The translations under genes were made by a program, and so were the position numbers. From Octopus sinensis (taxonomy: Eukaryota): DNA of 55,255 nucleotides. The notes beneath the pieces were generated by a model. That model was not told the origin of the DNA and searched no databases. It saw only the letters and a program-made list of their open reading frames with translations. Positions within the stretch are counted from its first letter, which is position 1; each line of letters starts with the position of its first letter. Below, piece by piece: positions 12,891-25,795 of the stretch. The stretch lies in assembly GCF_006345805.1 (NCBI RefSeq), contig NW_021833752.1:1-55255 (forward strand). The letters are read 5' to 3'.

Positions 12891-13429
12891 TATGTATGTA
12901 TGTATGTATGTATGGATGGATGGAGGAATAGAGGGAGGGATGTTTTTTCACTGAGTTTCATTTAAGTTCATAAGAGAGTTGAACACGGTCGTTAACAAAG
13001 CGACAAGATTTTTTGAGCTCCCGATTTTTGTAAATATGTGGTTGAGCCGGTGTGTTGGTCGAAGTGTTGATGCACTCCACAAGGGAGTGCGTCTATTCAC
13101 CTTAAGAATCTCTGATGGAGAATCCTTGAAATGCTTCACAAATCTTCACTGTGCCACTAATAGATTTGGATATGGAGAATTTTTTTGTATGTATGTAGGC
13201 ATGTATGTATGGATCAATGCATGCATGTATGTATGCCACTGCCACAACCACACACATATCTGCGCGCACGCATATACCCACACATACCTCCTTCTCTTGC
13301 ACTCTCCTGTCTTTGAAAGAACTTTTCTTCACCCATTCCCTTCCGGTCATTTCAATATGTGACCACGTGTGTATCGTTGGCAATTTTCTTTCTCCGTCTT
13401 TCCTTCCTTGGACCTTTCCTTTTTCTATG

Positions 13430-13462
13430 TTTCTGACGAAGAGCTCCGCTCGAAACGTTAAA
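13430..13462 (+). ncRNA. Minimal hammerhead-like motif in a pLTR-like segment (about 13290-13555)
   Basis: TTT-CTGACGA-A-GAGC TCC GCTC-GAAA-CG-TT-AAA. Helix III is only the AACGTT palindrome. Confidence 0.55.
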
Positions 13463-13601
13463 TGCTCCTTCTTTCTTTCCTTTCCTGAGCGTCCAATAAC
13501 ACTATACTTGTTCCACTTGTTGTGTTTTCTCTTTGTTCATGTTTGAATTAACCATGTATGTATGTATGTATGTAGCTATGTGTGTGAGTGTGTGTGTGTG
13601 C

Positions 13602-13659
<58 letters not shown>

Positions 13660-13899
13660 CGCTTTTGTCTGACTTCTTTTAGTTAAATAGAGTTTCTACT
13701 GTTTGAGTTACAAATTCTCAGACATTTTGGCCGCCGTTTCGCTTTATTCCTTTTGTCTCATTTTGACTGCAAAATCACGATTTGATTCTCTCACTCAACA
13801 GGCCGCTCTAAATACACACTACACGTTGACTTCGGAGCCTGCAACTAAGCCAGCCAGGAGCCTCTGAGTTATCAGAATAAGAAGCAAATCTTCATCAAA

Positions 13900-14830
13900 A
13901 TCACTTTACCGATAGAATAAGTAACAGTTGCTAAAAAATTCTAGGTATTACTCTATTATCAACTCTCATACGGTTAGGATTGGTTTTTTCAGCACTAAAA
14001 ATTCTTACAAATGATCTCTTCACATAATAACAACCTGTTAATTATTAATACATTTACTAATACTAACATTAATTTAGCTAATACCATCCACCCCTCTAGA
14101 AATATTAATAACAAGGTTATTGTATCTGAAGTCAATTCCAACAGAATCAAGTTAATGTCAAGTAACCCTAAAATTAAAAATTCTATATACCAGTGTAAAA
14201 TTACTACTCATAATCAAGTATATTTTTCTATTAGAAGCACGTCTTTACAGTTATCTAGAAGGATTTCTAATCACTACTCGACATTTAGGGATAGGGATAA
14301 ACGTAACAGTACAGGGCTCAGTAAATTAATTTGGGACTAAAAGACCACAATAAACAGTTTAATTGAGATTCGTTGATTCTCTCAATCTCGATACCTTATG
14401 ACAAAGGCAAGGAATTCTGTCTTCTCTGTAATTCTAAACTATTTTTCATTATTTTTTCTAAAAATCCCCAAGTAAACATACTGATGTAAACATTGGCAAA
14501 AACACACCATAGTTCGTATAAGTGATCTTTATCATTATATATAATTTAAGCATCAATTTTCTTTTTATATTTCACATTCACTAAATATATATTTTTCGAG
14601 TACATAAGGTTTTATTTAATATACATTTAGTCGTATCCTTCTTACCTATTTAGTTTTTCTTTAATTTATCCCTCCTCTTTCTATAGACTACCTATGACGT
14701 TATATTATATAACGTTTTTTCAAACAATATTAATAGCGTTCACTTAATCACTATACATATCCATCATTTTCTGTTAAAATGTCTTATTGACGAGTTTCAT
14801 TTCTTCACTTCCCTGAAGAGAAGATTACAT
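13900..14830 (+). mobile_element. Degenerate Penelope-like element: GIY-YIG endonuclease C-terminus and 3' region
   Basis: ISSHNN...SIYQCKI..QVYFSIRSTS..LSRRISNHYSTFRDRDKRNSTGLSKLIWD(L)K...PYDKGKEFCLLCNSKLFFI follows the PLE GIY-YIG pattern (IY..YIG.T..R..NH..F..T.LS..IW.LK..Y..C.LC..EK). CTGAAGA at about 14813 is followed by the Tx1 fragment. Confidence 0.75.
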
Positions 14831-14837
14831 TGTTTTA

Positions 14838-15415
14838 CACGAGAAGGAAGAGTCATTTTCATCGTACATGTGGCTATGGCGAAAGAATGTGCATGGTGGA
14901 CACGTCTGAAAGGTCTAGTGACAAACACTTTCCTTTCTGGTCAATCCCTCATCAACTTCTTCAAGTGTCACTTGAAGAGGAAGGTGAGAGTAGAGAGGGC
15001 AGTTTTGTCTAGTGAATATTTCAAAATAAGATGGGTGAATTTAGCAAGGATGGCAAGTGTGAATGACGGAGCCAGCTTGAGCATAAGCCTATGAATCAGA
15101 AAAAAAGAAAGGAAAAAAGATTCACTTACTGTAATGTGTTTTTTTGAATGACATCATTATTACCGTGGTTACCGTGGTCTTTCCCGTAGGCTTTTCTTTC
15201 CACGGATAAACCTAATCTGTTTTCCCTTTTTACATTGACATTTCTGTGATACACGATCCCTATTGATCGGCCTTTCTTTTTCTTTTTCTTTTTCGACGAT
15301 CCCTTTTGATCGAAATTCGACCCACTTTTTTTCTCTTCTTCCCCAAAAGAAATGCTCTACTTTGTGTTTGTCTCCTCTGTGTTCAGCCCTGTGCGGCCAA
15401 TAAAGAAACATATCT
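14838..15415 (+). mobile_element. Short 3' fragment of the Tx1-like LINE
   Basis: MAKECAWWTRLKGL..FLSGQSLINFFK and a 3'UTR similar to 26430-27041. Ends CCAATAAAGAAACATATCT. Confidence 0.88.
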
Positions 15416-15496
15416 GAAGGCGCTTGTCATAATAGTGAGGGTGCTGTACTCACGAACGCAAAAGCGTGGGTTCGAATCAGGAGCCGGGGGAGTGCG

Positions 15497-15786
15497 TTGA
15501 TGGAAGGAGTGAGCCTTAGTTCTAGGTTAGAAGCCGGCCTTTTCTTTATTGGCAAGAAATCTTGAAATAAAACCGAATAACATACATACATACATACAAT
15601 ACTACATACATACATACTATACATACATACTACATAATATATACATACATACATAATTTTTGTTTGTATGTATGTAGGTATGTGCACAGATTTGTGTTTT
15701 GTTTTATGTATCTCTTGGATCCGTAGTCTTCGAATCAACTTTCACTTTTTTGATTTTGAGAAGCCTAATTTCTCAAGATTGGTATG
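15497..15786. mobile_element. Rearranged fragments of the same R4-like family
   Basis: 15497-15580 is the reverse complement of the 3'UTR end at 27731-27810. 15716-15785 matches 28029-28088 in the same orientation. The pieces are separated and flanked by CATA/TATG repeats. Confidence 0.65.
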
Positions 15787-16091
15787 CATACATGCATACA
15801 TGTATGTATGTATGTATGTATGTATGTATGTATGTATGTATGTATGTATGTATGTATGTATGTATGTATGTATGTATGTATGCATGCATGCATGCATTTA
15901 TGTATGTTGCTCCTAACTACCGTTATAGTCCCTTCTACATTCTGTACACGTCTGCAAGTTTATTCCATCGATGTTTATTGCATTGTACAGGACTTCAGCG
16001 ATTCGTTAATGATTGAGCTCTTAACTAGTAAGGATATATTTTTTGTGATGTTTATATATCATGTCAATATATAAATAGATATTTGCATATG

Positions 16092-16150
<59 letters not shown>

Positions 16151-16160
16151 TCATACATAC

Positions 16161-16205
<45 letters not shown>

Positions 16206-17202
16206 TATATTCATACATATATATATCCATCCATATATATATATATATTATATACATATATATATATGTATGTGTGTGGTATATATGTATGTATGTATGT
16301 GTGTGTGTGTATGTATATATGTGTGTGTGCGTTTATATATATATAAATATTGGTTTCTCTGTCTCTCTGTCTCTCTGTCTCTCTGTCTGTCTGTCTGTCT
16401 CTCTCTCTCTATATATATATACATACACATATATGCACACATACATATATGTGCGTGTGTGTGTGTGTGTGTATGGGCATTTTTTATCTCCAGTTTGTAT
16501 GCAGTGTTAGAACATAGAATACTACATCATTTACGAACACACACACTCACACACACATACACGTACAAACACACATACATACCCGTACAGACACACCACA
16601 CACACACATACACACACACACATACACACGGACACACATGGACACGGACACGGACACAGGACACGGACACATTAATATTGATATTAATATACATATGTAT
16701 ATATGTATATATATTTCTTGGTTTGTTATAACGTTTTTGTCCTCTTTTTGTCTTGTATTGTTTTTTGATTACTGTGCAGATAATTATAGCTATGGTAATA
16801 ATGATGATGATGACGATGATGATGATTACTGTGGTGGTAATGACGGTGATTGCAGCCATCACAATAATGATTATTGTTATAAGTATGATGGCTTTATTAT
16901 GACCGTGATGATGAGTAAAGCTATGAGGAAATATTATAACAACGATGATGATAATTATAGCCATGATGGGGACGAATATTTCCATAGCTATGAGTTTCAT
17001 CATTATGGCTATGATGATGATGATAATGATGATGATGATAATGATGATGATGAAGGTGACTACCATATCTATGGGAATTCTTCTTCTTCTTCTTCTTCTT
17101 CTTCTTCTTCTTCTTCGTATGGTTATGATAATATTCATTATTGCGATGATGAAGATTAATATAGCTATGGTGATCATGATGCTACAACAATTATGATGAT
17201 GG

Positions 17203-17233
<31 letters not shown>

Positions 17234-17674
17234 GACGATAGCTGTGTTTTCATTTTCTTTTTGCATCTACGAAATGTTAGAGATAGGAGACGAAGGCAAA
17301 AAACAAACAAACAAACAAAAGAAAAAAAAACGAAACAAAACGGAAGAAAAGAAAAAAGAATAAATGAAGAAAATCATTTTCGTTTTTTTTTTTTTTTATC
17401 TTTCTTTCATTTTTCTTTCGGTAAATGATGCCACGAGTGGAGTTTCTAATTAAGATACTCTTCAAATAGTTTCTGACAATGATAATTATATACAAGGCGA
17501 GAGTTATACTGAATAATATAACCCATTTATTTACCCCAAAGGAGTTCTTGTTTCCCCACACCGTGAACGAAAGTGCTTGTCGCTCTTCGATTTGATTGCA
17601 CTCGCTACATATCCTGTATTGTACTGAAACTGATCGTAATATTTCTCTCTTTCTCTACAGCCTATACTTGTCTG

Positions 17675-18665
17675 CTCTAGGCACAAGGCACGAAATTTTT
17701 GGGGAGGGAGGGGAGGGTCAGTCGATTAGATGGAGCCAGTACGCAACTGGTACTTAATTTATCTACACCGAAAGAATGAAAGGCAAAGTCGACCTCATCG
17801 GAATTTGAACTCAAAACGTAAAGAGAGACGAAATACCACTAAGCATTTTGACCGGCGTGCAAATGTTTCTTATTTCTTTATTGCCCATAGGGGGCTAAAC
17901 ATAGAGGGAACAAAAAGGACAGACAAAGAGGTTAAGTCAATTACATCGACCCCAGTGCGTAACTGGTACTTAATTTATCGACCACGAAACGATGATAGGC
18001 AAAGTCGACCTCGGCGGAATTTGAACTCAGAACGTAACGGCAGACGAAATACCGCTAAGCATTTCGCCCAACGTGCTAACGTTTCTGCCAGCTCGCTGCC
18101 TTTGCCTCGTCAGCGATTCTTTTCTACTCTAAGCACAAGGCCTGAAAGTTTTTGGGGGAGGGGGGCAATCGATTAGATCGACCCCAATACGCAACTGGTA
18201 CTTAATTTATCGACCCCCAAAAAGATGAAAGGCAAAGTCGACCTCGGTGGAATTTGAACTTAGAACGCAAAGACATGAAATACCTATTTCTTTATACAGA
18301 GAAGACAAACAAGGACAGACAAACGGATTAAGTCGATTATATCGACCCCAGTGCGTAACTGGTACTTATTTAATCGACCCCGTAAGGATGAAAGGCAAAG
18401 TTGACCACGGCGGAATTTGAACTCAGAACGTAACGGCAGACGAAATACCTTTTTCTTTACTACCCACAAGGGGCTAAACACAGAGAGGACAAACGGATTA
18501 AGTCGATTATATCGACCCCTGTGCGTAACTGGTACTTATTTAATCGACCACGAAGGGATGAAAGGCAAAGTCGACCTCGGCGGAATTCGAACTCAGAACG
18601 TAGCGGCAGACGAAATACTGCTAAGTATTTCACCCAGCATGCTAACGTTTCTGCCAGCTCGTCGC
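17675..18665 (-). mobile_element. Five head-to-tail SINE A units
   Basis: The body GAAAGGCAAAGTCGACCTCGGCGGAATTTGAACTCAGAACG recurs near 17780, 17995, 18230, 18390 and 18560. Tails in coordinate order are b, a, b, a, a. Confidence 0.85.
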
Positions 18666-18930
18666 TTTACTACTACCTATACTTGCCGTTATACTGTACT
18701 GACAACGTTACTACATACGCTATTAACTAGTAAATAGTTTATTATATTGCAGCTACCTTGTACTGAGAACTGTATTGTTAATATACAATACTGAATATTG
18801 TATTGCTATGATACTGTATTGTCTGTGGTTAACGTATCATTCGGTCCGTAGCTCCTGCTAGTGTTACAGCGATGGCGTCGTATTACATGGCGTGGTTTGA
18901 GTATTTAAGCTTGAGCACAGCCGAATTTTT

Positions 18931-19135
18931 CTTACTTTGGGGCACGCATACATACGGGTGCATTTGGATCACTGTTACTTTGGGGCACATATACATACGG
19001 GTGCATTTGTAGTTCTCTTACTTTGAAGCATGTATACATACCGGCACATTTGGAGGACTCTTACTTTGGAGTAATGCACCCTTATGCATACATACGGGTG
19101 CATTTGGAGTGTCCTTACTTTGGAGCACGCATGCA
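18931..19135 (+). repeat. Minisatellite with a unit of about 43 bp, about 4.5 copies
   Basis: TTACTTTGGGGCACGCATACATACGGGTGCATTTGG.. recurs with divergence. Confidence 0.8.
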
Positions 19136-19214
19136 TAGCAGCGCACATACATGCTAGCATACATACGTAAAAGTACATATTGACAGTAGTATACATGCAA
19201 GCTAGTATACATAC

Positions 19215-19375
19215 GTTTGTCTGTCCTTGTTTGTCCTCTCTGTGTTTAGCCCCTTGTGGGTAGTAAAGAAATAGGTATTTCGCCTCTCTTTACGTTCTGA
19301 GTTCAAATTCCGACGAGATCGACTTTGCTTTTCATTCTTTCAGGGTCGCTAAAGTAAGTACCAGTTGCGTACTAG
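19215..19375 (+). mobile_element. SINE A fragment: tail a joined to a headless body
   Basis: GTCTGTCCTTGTTTGTCCTCTCTGTGTTTAGCCCCTTGTGGGTAGTAAAGAAATA|GGTATTTCG..GAGTTCAAATTCC. Confidence 0.8.
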
Positions 19376-19846
19376 CACACACAGGCCTTAGAACACATAC
19401 ATAAGAGCTCACATACATAGAAGCACGCATTAAAACGAGCATACACTCATAGTAGTACACAAATATATAGTGCCACATGCTGACATTCGCACACATACAC
19501 AGGAACACACATACATACTAGCAAGCATAAACGCTAGCTCACATACAAGTACACATACGCACTTGCATACATACATACCTGCCAGCACACATACATATAA
19601 GTACGCATGCATATTATCACACACACACAAACGCATTCGCGTGCACACTCACACACACTAATACAGATACATACAAGCATACATACAAGTAGACATGCAC
19701 ACTAGCATAGTTTCATTAGTGCGAGCCAATGAGGGAGTTTGTACGTGGTCTCTCGATCCAGTTTACAAGGTGGGGGAGGGGAGGAGAAGAAATAGAAGAA
19801 GAAAGAGGAAGAGGTGAAGAAGAAGATTAAGAAGAAGAAGAAGGAA

Positions 19847-19926
<80 letters not shown>

Positions 19927-20351
19927 GAAGAAGAAGAAGAAGAACAAGAAGAATAGAAGAAGATTAAGAAGAAGGAAAAAGAGAAAGAAGTACAAGTAGA
20001 AGAAGATTAAGAAATAAAAGAAGAGAAAGAAGTAGAAGAAAAAGAAAAAAGGAGAAAAGAAAAGAAAAGGAGCAACAACAGCAACAAGAACAACATCAAC
20101 ACAACGAGAATAGATTTTACCCGTCTACCCATTTAACGTCCCCCCATCTGGCCTATGGGTTCCTTCAGCAGAGAGCACACCTATACGAACCTTCAGACCT
20201 GGTCCCCGATATGAACAGAACTCTCCTTTTCCAGCCTCAGTTTCGGAGACCCTCAAAAGAAATTAAGGTACACGGACCTTACCCTTCCTTTTTAGACTTA
20301 TCTATTAAGTAAAAAAGCCATCTTGCTCTGTTTTGTTTATTGGGTATTAAG

Positions 20352-20620
20352 AGAAGGCCCTTGGCTTAGTGGTTAGAGCATTCAGCTTACGGTCGTAAGG
20401 TCTTGAGTTCGATTCCTGGACGTGCGTTGTGTGTCCTTGAGCGAGACACTTTATTTCACGTTGCCCTCGTTCACACAGCTGGCAAAAATAAGTTGTACCT
20501 GTAACACAAAGGTTCAGCTATGTCACATTCTGTGTCACGCTGGAAATACCCGAGAACTATGTTAAGGATACACCTGTCTGCGGAGTGCTCAGCCACTTGC
20601 ATGTTGTTTTCATGAGCAGG
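20352..20620 (+). mobile_element. tRNA-derived SINE family D
   Basis: TGGCTTAGTGGTTAGAGC / GAGTTCGATTCC head and CORE-like GTGTCCTTGAGCGAGACACTT. Homologues at 8490-8597, 52300-52557, 36910-37020 and 48955-49080. Confidence 0.75.
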
Positions 20621-20815
20621 CTTGTTAGATGTTCTTTGGCACAATCAATTCTGTTGAAAGTATTAGCAGCAAATACGTGATTTTTAGGGTAAATTTCTTC
20701 CAGTCTTCTAATTGTCTCGAAGACCCAGGGAAACGAAATGTTTGTTGTCGTTCTTCTCCCAACTAATACATAAAAAACAACAGCAAAAGACAAAGAAATA
20801 AAATAAAAAATATAT

Positions 20816-21062
20816 AGGCGCAGCCATGGCTGTGTGATAAGAAGCTTGTTTCGCAACCACATGGTTCTGGGTTCAGTAACACTGCGTGGCACCTTTGGCA
20901 GGTGTCTTCTTCTATGGCCTCGGGCCGACCATGGCTTTGTGAGTGGATTTGGTAGACGGAACTATGTATATATGTATGTATTTATGTATGTATGTATGTA
21001 TGTATGTATGTATGTATGTATGTATGTATGTATGTATGTATGTATGTATGTATTTATGTATG

Positions 21063-21093
<31 letters not shown>

Positions 21094-21438
21094 TGTATTA
21101 TGTATGTATGTATGTATTATGTATGTATGTATGTATGTATGTATGTATTCATGCATGCATGCTTGCATGTATGTATGTATGTATGTATGTATGTATGTAT
21201 GTATGTATCTATGTATTTGTGTGTGTGTGTCTGTGTTTGTCTCCCCACAATCGCTTGACAACCGATGCTGGTGTGTTTATGTACCCGTAACTTGTTGGTT
21301 CGGCAAAAGAGACCGATAGAATAATAAGTGCTAGGCTTACAAAGACTAAGTCCCGGAGTCGATTTGTTCGACTAAAGGCGGTGCTCCAGCATGGCCGCAG
21401 TCAAATGACTGAAACAAGTAAAAGAATAAAAGAATAAG
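20816..21438 (+). mobile_element. SINE family B with an expanded internal (TATG)n of about 270 bp
   Basis: Head at 20816 and tail AAAAGAATAAAAGAATA. It ends about 50 bp from the CCKR splice donor. Another 3' half lies at about 22090-22345. Confidence 0.85.
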
Positions 21439-21489
21439 AAAAAAAGAAAGAAATAAAGGTGACAAGAAACACCAAAAAATGCCTCTTAC

Positions 21490-21855
21490 CTCGTTCCACT
21501 TGTGCCTCCAGCCGTATTCCTTCCCAGAGATTTTTCACTATCTTGCCGTAAGCCACTGACATTATGACAATAGGAAAAAGCAGGAGTATGTTGTCCAGAC
21601 TGATAGTGTAGATTTTCTCTGCTAGTTTACTGGTCCAGAACTCACGGCACACGTTCAACGAGGGGAACGATCTCAGTCTGGTATAGGTGCCGATCGGGAT
21701 GGTGACAATTCCAGCCAGAACCCAACAGATGGCTATGGTGAGATAGGCGTGAGATAACGTCTGCCACGACCGTGAATGGAGTGGTTTGCAAATGGCGAAG
21801 TATCTTTCCAGCGATATGGCGACTAGAGTGAAACAGCTCACTGATACGGATACAC
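21490..21855 (-). CDS. CCKR: Internal coding exon (TM3-ICL2-TM4-ECL2-TM5-start of ICL3) of a cholecystokinin/gastrin/sulfakinin-type receptor (class A GPCR)
   Basis: Translation GVSVSVSCFTLVAISLERYFAICKPLHSRSWQTLSHAY...CREFW...LLLFPIVIMSVAYGKI matches the CCK-receptor family signature (VSVS-x-FTLVAISLERY-x-AIC-x-PL-x-SR-x-WQT-x-SHA). The minus strand has acceptor ttatttccag| before 21855 and donor G|gtaag after 21490. The exon is 366 nt, phase 1-1. No other exons were recognised. Confidence 0.93.
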
Positions 21856-21875
21856 CTGGAAATAATAACAAATTA

Positions 21876-21909
<34 letters not shown>

Positions 21910-21918
21910 CCATCATCA

Positions 21919-21960
<42 letters not shown>

Positions 21961-22416
21961 TATTATTATGTGATGAAAACCACCACCACCACCACTACTA
22001 ACAACAACAACAACAACACCACGACGACCATCATCATCATTATTATCGTCACCACCACCACCATAATCATCATCATCGTCATCATCACCTTGTGTGTGTG
22101 TGCGTGTGTGTGAGTCTATCTGTCTGTCTGTCTGTGTATCCGTGTCTCTCCCCACCACCGCTTGTCAACCGGGGTTAGTGTGTTCTCGTCTCGGTAGCAT
22201 AACGGATTGGCAAAAAACACCGATAGAATAAGTACCAGGCTTAAAAAGAAATATACTAGTGGGATCGATTCGTTTGACTAAAATTTTTCAGGGCGATGCC
22301 CCAGCATGGCCGCAATCTAATAACTGATACAAGAACAAATAAAAGATATATAAACAATTTAACATTAAACTGAAGGCTCTCACTATATATATATATATAT
22401 ATATAATATATATATA

Positions 22417-22484
<68 letters not shown>

Positions 22485-22524
22485 GTTTATAATCAAAATA
22501 AGCAACAAGGATATCCAGAGGTAA

Positions 22525-22610
22525 TGCAGTACGATCGTTTCACGCAACTCCATTTAATTGAACAATGCAACCATTACATCAATTTAAATGCAGTGCAATC
22601 CTCAGCTGCA
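22525..22610 (-). ncRNA. Type I hammerhead motif, inverted copy (same strand as the CCKR exon)
   Basis: Reverse complement of 22722-22807, with one substitution in helix II. Confidence 0.72.
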
Positions 22611-22721
22611 TGAAGACATAGAATTTAATTAAATTAAAACAGATGAAAACATTAGTATAATTTTACCTAATGTGTCCATCTGTTTTAATTTAATTGAATT
22701 TAATTAAATTCTATGTCTTTG

Positions 22722-22807
22722 TGCAGCTGAGGATTGCTCTGCATTTAAATTGATGTAATGGTTGCATTGTTCAATTAAATGGAGTTGCGTGAAACGATCG
22801 TACTGCA
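22722..22807 (+). ncRNA. Type I hammerhead ribozyme motif (palindromic minimal helix III)
   Basis: TGCAG-CTGAGGA-[long helix II]-GAAA-CGATCG-TA-CTGCA. Helix I is 5 bp, the core is intact and the cleavage triplet is GUA. The base of helix II has a U-U mismatch. Confidence 0.72.
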
Positions 22808-22953
22808 TTGCCTCTGGATATCCTTGTTGCTTATTTTGAAATTGTATGGATAATACCGTACTAAATTCTTGTGCTTCAACTTAAGTACCATATTCATCTG
22901 AATTTAAATTTTTGCTGAACTCATACAAATGTTTTATATATAATATATATATC

Positions 22954-22989
<36 letters not shown>

Positions 22990-23021
22990 ATATATATATG
23001 TATATATGTGATATATATATT

Positions 23022-23488
23022 GTTGTACAATGCGTCTCCATCTTTCCTTTAACTTGAAAATACACTCTTTCCAGCATTGAGGTGGTTTCATGGCAAAGAA
23101 TTCATCAAGGTATCTTTTTACATCATCCAAGGAATTGAAATTTTTACCATTAAGACTATTCTGCAGAGACCTGATAAGTGGAAATCCGAAGGAGCAATAT
23201 CTGGTGAATATGGAGGGTGGGGTAACACATTCCAGACGAGCTGCAGCAATTTTTGTCTGGTTCCCAAAGCATCAAATGCCGAAAATGAACTTTCTCATCT
23301 TCCATTTTAAAGGGTTACAGAATTAACACAGGTTATAGGAACATAAGCCTTCTTCCACGAAAAGATAGCTTAAACTGTGTTCTAAATGGAGGTGTAGTCA
23401 AATCTTATTTTATGGACTCAACCATGTTCTAAAATAAGTCGATTGGTAAGCTAGTACAAATAGGCACGAACTTTCCGGACAACCCAGT
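23022..23488 (-). mobile_element. Internally deleted mariner transposon
   Basis: TIR-like end CTGGGTTGTCCGGAAAGTTCGTGCC next to TA (23463-23489). The start MEDEKVHFRHLM (ATG 23305) is joined at about 23270 to RQKLLQLVWNVLPHPPYSPDIAPSDFHL..SLQNSLNGKNF..KLKERWRRIVQ. Confidence 0.88.
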
Positions 23489-23817
23489 AGATTGAAAAAA
23501 CAGAAAGATGGGCAATGGGAAGAAAGGTAGGGTAGAAGAAGAAGGAAAAGAAGAAGAAGAAAGTGAAAAAGAAGAAGAAGAAAGTGAAGAAGAAGAAGAA
23601 AGTGAAGAGGGCAATGGGATGAAAGGAAGGGTAGAAGAAGAAGAAAAAGAAAGGAGACGGGGAAGCATAAGAAAGAAGAGAGGAATAAAAAGATAAATGG
23701 AAGAAAGCAAAATGGAAAAGGGGAAAGAAAAGAAAGAAAGAAAGAAGGAAAAGAATAAGAAGAACGCAAAAAAACAAAAAGAGACGACAGGAGAAAGGGG
23801 TGGAGACGAAGAAGAAA

Positions 23818-23848
<31 letters not shown>

Positions 23849-23950
23849 AGAAGAAGAAAGGAGAAGAAGAAGAAGACCGAGAAAACGACAGAACGATAAA
23901 AGCCTAGCACCAGAAGGAAAAGGAGAAAAAGGACAACGACGTGTGTGTGC

Positions 23951-23993
<43 letters not shown>

Positions 23994-24124
23994 CGGGTAA
24001 GTACAATTGCAGAAAATAATTTAAATGTACATATCTGCCATGTTGTATATTTGAATGTTTATGCATGTTTACATGTTTGTTTACAAGCGAACTTAGCACC
24101 GACTCGGGTAACATCTTTCCATTC

Positions 24125-25715
<1,591 letters not shown>

Positions 25716-25746
25716 GTCTGTCTGTCTGCATGTCTGTCTGTCTGCA

Positions 25747-25791
<45 letters not shown>

Positions 25792-25795
25792 GTCT

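Larger units (their letters stand above)
22493..22935. mobile_element. Fold-back element (about 150-bp inverted arms, 22493-22839) with one-sided tail, in (TA)n; Penelope pLTR-like
   Basis: TCAAAATAAGCAACAAGGATATCCAGAGG... is the reverse complement of ...CCTCTGGATATCCTTGTTGCTTATTTTGA. Each arm holds a hammerhead motif. Confidence 0.85.

Noticed and set aside
17675-19135. CRISPR-like regular repeats
   Set aside because: The context is eukaryotic. The units are SINE bodies or a minisatellite without unique spacers, and there are no cas genes.
20110-20290. Possible ICL3 exon downstream of the CCKR exon
   Set aside because: The phase-compatible frame reaches a stop and there is no convincing donor.
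21856-21922. Poly-Met N-terminus of the GPCR ORF
   Set aside because: It is intronic (GAT)n upstream of the AG acceptor. The ORF tail below 21490 is likewise intron/SINE.
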